A stretch of DNA of 64,000 bases, taken from the NCBI GenBank assembly GCA_051891395.1, contig JBJFFC010000011.1, positions 58,852 to 122,851 on the forward strand. The letters are read 5' to 3'. A program made the translations under genes and the position numbers. This DNA comes from Clostridia bacterium (GTDB taxonomy: Bacteria; Bacillota; Clostridia; TANB77; CAG-508). Each line of letters opens with the position of its first letter. Within the stretch, counting starts at the first letter, position 1. Below, piece by piece: positions 12,801-20,300 of the stretch. The notes beneath the pieces are model-generated. The model saw only the letters and a list, made by a program, of their open reading frames with translations. It did not search any database and was not told the origin of the DNA.

Positions 12801-12828
12801 GTATTTTTTCTTTTTTCTTATTGACCAT
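3823..12828 (-). CDS. Giant 3001-aa surface adhesin (DUF11-like, SdrD B-like and SpaA-like domains); apparent fusion of paralogues of the two upstream genes
   Basis: N-half shares motifs with 17313..22160 (GVAW.DEN..G, DKY.S, AEI.E..N.LG..D..ST.GNK). C-half shares motifs with 13231..17292 (YIKLSGY.W.D, INLGLYEREQPD, YAGIDKDSNPGN, RYSDA.DDY, DFGI.ERARQ). Ends VTPSTG + TM + KKK. Confidence 0.8.
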   Translation of the reverse strand: MVNKKKEKILAYACLCITICFSIVFFVKFLINTSVGADNQRVLIEANLDKYINYEISDQDKGTLVEYNVRTGIEYGDGDYIPLKSSELAISLNQIDGKYPYAVKIITKSTELSNGKTENIEDNYEYDSNTGIIVIRASNQDENGEIINDTKPSDNARDEYVIIAYYDTYAEQEERELAIKVQSTVTLSTDDRQIRQENEFKGIVKDNIGELTSVTSEANEIYNGYIKSNIINGTNYDTEYKETAKIMVSKKEAGQKIEFKESNSFERVYQNSNGEEITEEFSNNGDLVYKSTKIKQQDMKRLLGENGVIEILDGSENLIATIDENTQFAEDGSIVISYENELESIIIKTSNIENEGILAIENTKKIKSTMRNIDYTKIKTSNQIIGINEETVMNDEEETIEEKVVFTNSYENTTDIKESTNNINIDISNTEWTNKNQNEITFNVYISSNSTKDNMLKNPSVKIELPSEVEKVILGEASVVYANGLELQDPYLETSENGNIVIVANLIGTQTEYDGNTLELVTDVKISATIILKKDIENTTGNVNLTYTNYYAVNGKAEIENRSSEIKIASYKEESIREANPLIATYANTSLLTSTTENIEGLTVEVTPVRGDTVLKDGDTVYEGEFIKYNITVTNTSDEKIDNIKVVGTVPEGTTYGELEADYYTSTGKYQYNYDDTITEKTIEIGSLETGKSVTKFYEVQVNDLLEGQDEQEITSNVKVYAEQTQVMDYSMTNVIKKAEVKVFLGAFLGTDKNAWDYTLFVSSDEIDEVTATVKVPNEFNLEYILIDPNYEGGGLKLDLNEIASVEEDGIKVKVETNKRYLIAGYMNCRESEVETEGEELELTAVANVEIGNVTYSSNENRILYGYDSVSILMTSESEGEEVRYGDEINYEIVVTNTGRPNFQDESTSSIGVHVIDFLPEDVEPVKITYNKYTEEKASEEKDTNEQLYSFESTGIYKEETVIEDIGVLTDEEGNRLPNVDLYLTIPYEKSVTIKVETTAGLVFEKTKIENSATVSGILEEDNIQSKTSNTIAHTILPYNYDESEEPDIPDNPDDPSDPDEPSDPSDNIEKYSIAGVAWLDENEDGKRQISEPLLNGITVMLVNTANSSAIQAKEVTDSNGAYRFSELEEGNYIVIFNYDTDIYSVASYQKSGISSSLNSDAIDKEITLMETQIKVGITDTITLNASISNIDIGLIKNKICDLKLDKYISKVQVKTTSGTKEYTYDNTQLAKVEIKAKEIQGATVVVNYKIVVTNEGELPVSSIKVVDSIPDGFNFSSELNKSWTTTNNGEVVNITNQGIKAGESAELTLILTKSMTSNSTGTFTNMAEIGEMSNSLGTSDTDSTPGNKAETEDDFSKADLIISVSTGVMVYISIGILLLALVGIVIFLSYKYGIFKIGKISLFGIVIMVTLVAGNNEVDAGAPESAQFTWTSNSHGYSNIYGSRYFYGNENTGDALCIQAGVGVAGAGSTYSFYGYGGSTAYDEIEDEAPELKFDLTNLNDDGVIEVAEQHPNGIPMKVLGPFKFKCSSSKAEFEIQLYDYNKNKVYCEPHHMINNGIVPEIGTTKFTIQEGYENKEIEFYVYVKPEDYDKKIAYVELKAETSANVKEGVNVYRQAEYTHNSWTQDVRTFRKFLDENKSNVEKKKITNKKSIKWMNFTGNLKIIKKDEETGERLKGVKFSVKGPDKTLNRSYTTDDNGEINLENISVGEYTITESSNPNYGYTVMVEDSIKVKTAQTVEYTAKNQKQTGNLQIIKRDTDSNLPLSDISFKIKNSDGEYIIATDSKDTYTGKEVIGTIGLTNMTTTTNYDEATTFTTNDSGQINILNMLVGDYFLEEMSVGDNFGYADPSDAKDKSDGFEEYIEYEYTTIDKEGKEKKTSGKGNDIPFTINRQSSRETGVESDSTDIKYNNKLNVYNKKKYIKLSGYAWEDMYYGKQSNRNNLYNSGELKDENGNSIADNNDKRLNEVRVTLYKEDGTKLDETTTKTITNTKGEKEDGAYIFGDYLRDTSAKKILIKDLEGAYIQFTYNGLNYETVALNCIDEEGKKVQNGNTAKEFTKINDIEENEREKYNAKYEYVDNEGIYSKDGTCIGMEYDYDSENYSSTLHYNAGSKDGYEGAKYPVRTSYYTGEEFWKMLDITARTETNTNTKNKEDYRLLGQNRTLEEILKSGEDEITNINLGLYEREQPDLAIAQDVYNVNLEINGYSHTYEYANRFSDEYLNQNDIFNVGVKFGTKYGSESYTRTVYESDCKYTGDNKLKAYVTYRIAINNQATTLNSRVNSLLEYYDKKYYDNPKAYLNGTELHCEPISYDSNEYAKVRIDTYDESRNADLRVGTTGGDTEYVYVKFEIKDIGAIFFDESGKELTKEIVLKTYVEINSYSTFYDKDYGKEENEDKNYAGKIYAGIDKDSNPGNIEEGKKEDDSDWAPSLIITADKARTISGTVFLDESVLDKVTSNPDTYTRNGNGVYEENTENTISGVKVELYETKKDKDGNIIYDEDSNIVIADSPSGITKYNNGQNGGTGEDGYFEISGFIPGDYVIVYTWGDKTYIEGDPNNPINVNDYKGTIYNESSRATYEDWYRDYPEEQKWRKSRYSDATDDYGTRKIIDSYENNTNISMNSMTPNMKFGIEYKDDIKSYTGTSMHFLNNENKIEPEDSKLIFNIPYVDFGITERARQVLEISKNVKTVKITLANGQTIVDAQVEEKLDREGNPERDENGNIIYKLVGETVKGVTYMGPSKNNTPKNGYLKSEIDSELIQGSTIEIGYEIIVKNNSEVDYDSLNYYKYGFKEGSIITITPTRVYDYLDNSMVIDKENEENSEWTMTEQRDYEDEYQTEKTIIENYLSYASTTIEDDKIIDITGYTSSYEEYYQEITEWSSVNVKIARQKRLADKTILNNVGLEDELAPGKYNTASLYATKVLANNDEIDLNNDVEVTQIERTSQTGRKVTPVSSILYDKGETVTVTPSTGENRDYTSIVILAISSFIILGTGIIFIKKKILG

Positions 12829-13155
12829 GATTCCTCCTTTTGGACAATTGGGGACGGTTCCTTTTTGACCCTTTCTAAATCCTTCCCTTATCCTTCATAA
12901 AAGTCACTCTTCCTTACTATATATAGTACTTATTTTTACTTGTAAAATCAATATAAGTTTTTTCCAGTTCGACTAAATATTACATAATTTATATTTCTTC
13001 CCTTTAGGGATGCGCATTCCAAGCATTTTTCTTTCCACTTTTTTAAGTTTTATTTACAATTTTGTTACAGTTACATCGTGTTTTTTCTTTCAAAATTCTG
13101 CTGTTCTTTATTTGCGTAAGTCTTCCGAGTTTATGTTCTAAACTATATAGAAATC

Positions 13156-13206
13156 AAAAAAATAGAGATTCTATTTGAATTAATCTTCAAATAAAATCTC
13201 TATTTT
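13156..13206 (-). terminator. Intrinsic terminator after the 1353-aa gene
   Basis: AAAATAGAGATT.TATTTGAA...TTCAAATA.AATCTCTATTTT stem with flanking A/T tracts. Confidence 0.65.
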
Positions 13207-13230
13207 ATTATTCTAGTAACTTATATTTCG

Positions 13231-16200
13231 CTATTTATCTCCTAGAATCTTTTTTCTGATTAGTACAACTCCTGCACCTAATATAACTAGAGCCGATACT
13301 ACTGTTGCAACAATAGCAATATAATTTTGATCTTGTCCTGTTGGAGGTGTAACAATAACCGTTTCTCCTCTAGTATAGAACGAAGAACTTGCACTTGTTG
13401 GCGTTACTATTCTTCCTGTATCTTTTTCACGTCTTACTTCTGTTATTTCTGCATCATTATTTAAATCGATTTCATCTGTATTTGCTAATACTTTTGATGC
13501 ATATAATTTCACTGAGTCACCATTGCTATCTCTGCTTTCTTCCCCTGGTGCTAATTCTTTTTCAAGATCTACATTATGCAAGATGGTTTTATTATCTAAT
13601 TTTACATCTCTTATAGTTCTTGTTTCCGTCACTTGTGTTGCCCATTCTTCAACAAAGAATGTTTCGTTTGAAGTCTCACTTCCGCCTTTCTCCCATTTAT
13701 AAGTTACAATTGTATTTCCTTCTTCATCAGTCACAGTCGTTTTAGAATCGTTAAAGTATGATTCTACAATAGTTTCCTTATCTGGATATTCATATCTATT
13801 ATTATATTCTTCTCTAGAAACTACACTCCAATTACTATTATCCTTCGTTGTATCTAGTGCCATTTCACTATCTAAATAGTCATAAACTCCTTCTGGCTTA
13901 ATACATATAATATCATCCTCTGTTCCTGGTATTCCATATAAGTAGTAGTCTTTTGTATTATAATCCAATTCACTATTATTCTTAACTACTATTGTGTATT
14001 CAACTTGTACCGTTGCTCCTTGAATTAATTCATTATCTAACTCTAGTTTTACAAAACCGTTATTTGCTGATGGTCCCATATAAGTTACATGATCTTTCTC
14101 TCCTGTCATATTTCCATTTTCGTCGATTGTAACATCTGCCACAACTTGACCATTCGCTAAAGTAACTTTAAATCCGCTTACTCTTTTATTAATATCTATT
14201 TCTTGTCTTGCTCTTTCTACAATACCAAAATCGATATTACTAATTCGATAAGTATATCTGTCTCCTGTTGATGCTGTTGTCGTGGTATCATATTCTACTC
14301 CAATTCCCATTGTAGGTGTTGTAGAGTTCATCTTATCAATTGTAGTTTTTGTTGCCCCTGTAATGTTTTTCGTTTCATTATCGATATTTTGTCTTAGCGT
14401 ATAATCATCTATAGCATCGGAATATCTAGGTTCTGTAGTTTTATACCATTCTTTATTATTGGCTCTATCTTTATCCTTATAGATAGTTCCTTTATAATTT
14501 TGAACCGTATATGTTTCATCTCCCCATGTATAGGTTAATGTATAATCACCTGGTATATAACCACTAATATAGAAATCGCCATTTTCATCTGTAGTTGCTG
14601 TATACATTTGTCCATTTTCTTTGTTTTCAGTTAAAGTAACTTTTACGCCTGAAATTCCTAATTCTCCTTCTTTATATTCTCCATCACCTTGTCTTATTTC
14701 TCCTGTTTTTAATTCATTTGAAGTATAATCTAAGAATACTTTACCTGTCATTTCTCTTGCATCTGCTACTTCTAGTAATAATCCTGGCGCTGAACTTGTA
14801 TCATCTTGATGAGTAGTTACATCTGCTGGATTTGCATTTCCAGGGTTTGAATCTTTGTCAATTCCTGCATATATATTTCCATTTGTATCAAATACAGAAT
14901 ATGAATTAATTTCTGCTACATTATCTAAGTTTTCTTTATTGTTTATAATGTTTATTACCGCTTGCCTATTTAATTTGAATTGTACATAGATGTCGGCATA
15001 TTTTCCAGCATCCACTTTAGTATTATTATTGATTGTTAGTTTATTATAATTTTCATTATAATCTAAAACTCCATAATCAATATTTTTTTGTACATCCATA
15101 GTATCATTATTTAGGCTTGTGCCTACTCCACATAATGTATAATTAGAATCATAGTAATCTACTATACTATTTATTTGAGTTGTTAAACTAGATGATTCAT
15201 TATTCATTCTAAGTTGGTAAGTTACATATACTTCTAACTCATTCGTTACATCTGCTGATGTGTAGTTATAATCAGCTTCATAAATAGCTCTGTTATAAGA
15301 TCCTGTAAATTTATTTTTATACTTTATACCAACATTTAGATCGTCTTCGGTAGGTTCAATTGCTTTATCAAATCTTTGATTATATTCATATACATGATTA
15401 TATCCATTTATACTAACTTTTACATTCAATAAGTCTTTTACTAATGAAATATCTGGTTGCTCTCTTTCATATAAACCTAAGTTAATATATTTAATCTCTT
15501 CTTGACCAGGTGTAAAGTGTGCTTTTATACTATATCCTGTTTCATCTGTATTTGCTGTAATTGGATATAAGCCATTATTTACAAGTGTTGATTTTGCACC
15601 ATTTTCTGCATCATAAGTTAAATTATAAGTTAAATCATTCTTTTTCTTTCCATTCTCATCTAATGTTGCACCTGTATTTGATGTTTCTCCACCTACAACA
15701 CTACTAAATCCTTTATTAAAGTTTTCTCTTGTAGTACTACTTTCTGCAGATTTTGAGCCATTATCTTTATCGATATGTGATATCACGTTTGTATAAATTA
15801 ATCCATCATATTCAAATTCTATGTAATATTTGTCTAGGTCGTCTACCAAAACATCTGTAAATAGATAAGCTCCTCCATTTGCTGTTTTTGCTTCTTTTAT
15901 TACATTACCTGATTCATCTTTTAATCTTACTGTAATTCCATCTAATAAGATATCCTCTGAATCATAAGTTCCATTTTTATATAAATCATTTCTTGCAGAT
16001 TGTTTTCCTGAATATCTATCTACCCATACATATCCTGAAAGCTTGATATATTTTTGCTTATTTGGAATTTGAAGCTCTGCTGTTTTATCTACTGTTACAT
16101 TTTTTTCTTTTCCATCTTCTATGATTTCATATCCATAGTTTGGGTTTTTCGTTTCATAAGCTACGTAAGTTCCAACAATTAAATTCTTAATTGTAATTTC

Positions 16201-17292
16201 TCCATTTTTGTCTGTTATAAATTCAGTTGCTTGCTCTTTGTTATCTACATAAGATATTGTTCCATTCGTTTCTTTTACCCATTTTTTCGTATCTTTGTTT
16301 TGAATTTTGAAACCTACATTTGGTAGTTTTACCTTTGTATTATCTTTGTTTACTTTGATTACTTTTAAATTTCCAAGTATAGAGATGTTATAATCAAATG
16401 ATAAATCTATCGTTTCAGTTGCATTATATGGCTCTCGTATAATTAAGTTTTGTTTATAGCTTGTTGTAGACTCTAAAAACCAAATATTAACAGCTTTTAC
16501 TTCGATATCCATCTTCCCTGTAACTTTTGTAATTTTGGTTGCTCCACTATTGACTGGTACTGAAATATAAAAGTCACTACCTGATTTGATTTCTCCAACA
16601 TTAATCCATTTTTCTGTTTTGCCACTAAAAGTACTATATAATTTTCCTGCTATTGGTTTCGAATTTTGATCGTAAATTGATACTTCTGTTAATTTTCCTC
16701 CAAATGTCCAATTAAATGGTCCTACTCTCATATATTGAGTTCCATCTTTATTGTAAGCTTCTACCTTTATTTTGCTTTTATCTGTATTGTCTGTCACTTT
16801 TGTTCCATTTGAAATATTATTGGCATAATTTGTAGCTTCTGCATCTAACGTTGTCGTTGATTGACTGCTGTTTCCTGGTACAGCACTTACAAAGTTCAAA
16901 TTTAATCCATTATGGTATTGTCCTACATTTTTCATCCAAGTATAGCCATAATTCCATATTTCATTTTGCACTGGACCACTATCGTGAGATGAACCATTAT
17001 TAGCTGATAAAATGTAGGCAAATTTAGCATTACTTTTATCTTCTATCGTTTTATTCTTGTAATCTGTTGACTTAATACCTTCAATTTTTACATTAGAAAT
17101 AATTTTATAACTATTGTCAGCCGTTAAAGCTTGCCCATGTTCTACACAAAATATATTACTACTACCTGCATATTGATTGTATGTTATAGTTATGGATTGT
17201 CCCACAGAATATGCATTAGACACACTATATATTCCAAAAACTGTTATGATTCCTATTATAATACTAACTGCTATTTTTCTTATTTTACTCAT
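13231..17292 (-). CDS. 1353-aa surface adhesin: putative thioester (TED/TQXA-like) domain, SpaA-like and SdrD B-like domains, PPTG-type sorting signal
   Basis: Signal peptide; FCVEHG, VQNEIW and KQNLII motifs; GNLKVIKV...TDKNGEITIKNL..GTY...ETK.P.GY; C-terminal VTPPTG + TM + RKK. Confidence 0.75.
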   Translation of the reverse strand: MSKIRKIAVSIIIGIITVFGIYSVSNAYSVGQSITITYNQYAGSSNIFCVEHGQALTADNSYKIISNVKIEGIKSTDYKNKTIEDKSNAKFAYILSANNGSSHDSGPVQNEIWNYGYTWMKNVGQYHNGLNLNFVSAVPGNSSQSTTTLDAEATNYANNISNGTKVTDNTDKSKIKVEAYNKDGTQYMRVGPFNWTFGGKLTEVSIYDQNSKPIAGKLYSTFSGKTEKWINVGEIKSGSDFYISVPVNSGATKITKVTGKMDIEVKAVNIWFLESTTSYKQNLIIREPYNATETIDLSFDYNISILGNLKVIKVNKDNTKVKLPNVGFKIQNKDTKKWVKETNGTISYVDNKEQATEFITDKNGEITIKNLIVGTYVAYETKNPNYGYEIIEDGKEKNVTVDKTAELQIPNKQKYIKLSGYVWVDRYSGKQSARNDLYKNGTYDSEDILLDGITVRLKDESGNVIKEAKTANGGAYLFTDVLVDDLDKYYIEFEYDGLIYTNVISHIDKDNGSKSAESSTTRENFNKGFSSVVGGETSNTGATLDENGKKKNDLTYNLTYDAENGAKSTLVNNGLYPITANTDETGYSIKAHFTPGQEEIKYINLGLYEREQPDISLVKDLLNVKVSINGYNHVYEYNQRFDKAIEPTEDDLNVGIKYKNKFTGSYNRAIYEADYNYTSADVTNELEVYVTYQLRMNNESSSLTTQINSIVDYYDSNYTLCGVGTSLNNDTMDVQKNIDYGVLDYNENYNKLTINNNTKVDAGKYADIYVQFKLNRQAVINIINNKENLDNVAEINSYSVFDTNGNIYAGIDKDSNPGNANPADVTTHQDDTSSAPGLLLEVADAREMTGKVFLDYTSNELKTGEIRQGDGEYKEGELGISGVKVTLTENKENGQMYTATTDENGDFYISGYIPGDYTLTYTWGDETYTVQNYKGTIYKDKDRANNKEWYKTTEPRYSDAIDDYTLRQNIDNETKNITGATKTTIDKMNSTTPTMGIGVEYDTTTTASTGDRYTYRISNIDFGIVERARQEIDINKRVSGFKVTLANGQVVADVTIDENGNMTGEKDHVTYMGPSANNGFVKLELDNELIQGATVQVEYTIVVKNNSELDYNTKDYYLYGIPGTEDDIICIKPEGVYDYLDSEMALDTTKDNSNWSVVSREEYNNRYEYPDKETIVESYFNDSKTTVTDEEGNTIVTYKWEKGGSETSNETFFVEEWATQVTETRTIRDVKLDNKTILHNVDLEKELAPGEESRDSNGDSVKLYASKVLANTDEIDLNNDAEITEVRREKDTGRIVTPTSASSSFYTRGETVIVTPPTGQDQNYIAIVATVVSALVILGAGVVLIRKKILGDK

Positions 17293-17312
17293 TTTTCTAC
17301 CTCCTTTCCTTC

Positions 17313-20300
17313 CTATTTTTTATCACCATTATTTTGTCTTTTTCTTATCATGATAAATGCTGTAATTCCTAATGCTGCTACTACTATAATTGCAATTGCT
17401 ATATATATTTCTCCTCCTGTCTTCAAGCTTAAGATTGCATCTGCTGAACTGTAATCTTCTTCACCTTGTACTTTATTTCCAGAAGTTGATTTACTATCAG
17501 CTAGTCCTAATTCATTATAACTTTCTGCGATTTCTGCTGTGTTATTAATTAAACCTGTATTATCTTCTGTCATTGATTTTGTCAATGTTAATGTTACTTC
17601 TCTTGATTGTCCTGCTGTTATTTTTTCATTTGCTAAACTTATGTTATATAAATTGTCTCCTGATTGATACCAATCTGTATTTAGTTCTGAACTAAATTTC
17701 AAATCACTTGGCATATAATCCACTATTTTTCTTACATATCCATCCACATCACCAATGTTCGTTACTTTTATTTTGTATTCGATAATAACTGTTGTTCCAT
17801 CAACCTTCTTGCTATCCAATTCTGCTTTTGCAACAGATGCATTGTCATATTCTTTTACTGTTGTTCCTGCAGAATTTTGAATTAGTATTCTGCTAACATA
17901 TTTATCTAGTCTAAAGCTAAAGTCTTGTAATTCCATTAGACCAATATTAATGTTAGAAACATTGTCATTATTAATTTCTATAATATCTGTTGATGCTACT
18001 TGTTGTTTTTCATTCTCAATTGATAATTCACTTGTCATAGCATCTGAATTCTTAGATTCTTCTACATTTTCTGCTTTATATTTTGTTAAAGCATATTTTG
18101 TATGATCATATTCAAATACAACAATGTATTTACCATTACCTATTTTATCTAATACATATACACCATTATCATTTGTTGTTGCCTCAAGTACATTACCATT
18201 TTCATCTTTTACTAAATTATTCGTTGTTGTATTTAATAAATGTACTTTTATATTACTTAATAGTTGTTCATCATCATCTTTTTTACCATTAGCATTTTCA
18301 TCAAACCATGCAACACCTGTTATCATCTTTGTTCCATTTGCTATATCGCTATCTGTATTATTTCCTTGCCCACCATTATTATCTTCTGCATCTGCTTCAA
18401 TAATATGGTTTACTTCTGATGTTGTTGCTACTTTATCTCCTAAAACTTCTGCATAAGCAACATTGGTAATTGCCTCTGCTGATGTTCTTGCTGCCGAATA
18501 ATTAACTACTGTTTCTATTTTTATTGTACTTTCTGAGCCTGCTACTATATTGCATAGAATTTCTATGCTGTTTGTTCCTTTTAATTGTTCAATTTCTTCA
18601 TCATCAAAGCTTACTCTATTTACAGTTAAACTATTTGGTATAGAATCAACTACTCTTATTCCTTCTATATCTGAACTTCCGTTATTTTTTACTGTAATAT
18701 AATATTCAATAACATCACCAGATTTAACATATTGACTTTGTGTATTTGTTGTCATAGCTAATGAAATATCTACCTCTTTTACATTTTCTGTTAGAATATT
18801 AGAGTTATATTCATCATTTCCGTTTTTTACTGATACTGAGAAATTAATTCCTTCTTCTCCTTCTAGGTTATTAATTAATATATCATAGCTTAATACTTTT
18901 GTTTCTCCTGCTTCAATACTTCCTATATTTACTTCTGTATTATAGTTTAATTCTTCTGTTTTAACTGAGCTTTCTTCACTAGTACCAGTTAATTCACTTT
19001 CTGAGATTTCTCTTGTTTCGACTTCATTTTGACTACTATTTGTTCTATATAAATCATCATCAGATACTTCCTGAGATTCCATTCCTGTTATTAGAGTTAA
19101 TTTATTTACTTCTAAATTATCAGAAAGGTTTGTTGTCACTGTTACATTTTCTTGTTTTTCATTCGATATGTTTTCTATAATAGCAAAATATTGTACAGTG
19201 CCTGCTTCATATAAATCTACACTTCTATCTGTAACTCTTTTCACACTTACTCTTACATTACCGTTAGCTGTAACTAATTGTGACTCATTTGATTGTTTCG
19301 TCACATCACCATATTTTGCTTGAATGATATTAGATAATTTAGTGCCAGCTTGTACTCCTGTATTTACTCTTACCTCGTATTCTCCTGTTACAACCTGTCC
19401 TACTTTTAATGTATTTAATGTTGCTTCATAAGTTTTGCTGTCCAATTCTTTATAATAAGAAGATCCTGTGTATTCATAATTGTCTTGTGGTGCTACTAAT
19501 GTTGTGCCTTCTGGCACATTTCCTTTTATCGCAATATTTTGTATGTCTTCACTTCCAACATTTGATACTTCTATTTTATATTTGATAACTTCTCCATTTT
19601 TTACTGTGCTGTTTTGTGCTACTTCTTTTCCGCCTACGCTTGGTATCAATTTCGTTTCTAAAACTGGTCCTACACCTGTTTGTAATTCAATTGTTGTTGC
19701 TTTCATTTCGTTTTCTGTTGTTGTTAAACTATTGGTATAGGCTACACTATAACCTTCTTCTGCTGTTTGGTTATATTCTAGTAAGGCAGGAACCTCTATT
19801 GTATAGCTTGCTTGTAGACTATCTTGTGATTGCATACTTGGTACTTCAATCAAGTATCTACTTACTTTACTTGAATCTGTTATCTCTTCTGTCCAAGCAT
19901 TTGCTACATTTTGTAAATCATCTGTTGCATTCTCATTTTCTGTATAATATACTTTTGCCTCTTCTATACCTTGCACACTAATTCCTTCCACTATTTTAGT
20001 TGCTATATTATTTTCATCGTTTTCTGTTGGGAATGTACCTAATACTTTTACATTTTGAATTTCATTTTCATTATTATTAATTACTTCTATTCCTGCTTCT
20101 AATTGTTTTGCACTTGTTCCTCTTTGAAGGGTTACACTTTTTAATTCTTCTTGACCTATCGTTTCAACTCCTAAGTCTTTAATACTGTTAATTGTTGTAA
20201 CATCCGTTGGTGCTACAATTCTAATTGATTTGCTATCGGTTCCGGTTGTTCCTTCATTGTTATATGTCATCGTAATTTGTGAATCTTTTGTTGCAGATTT

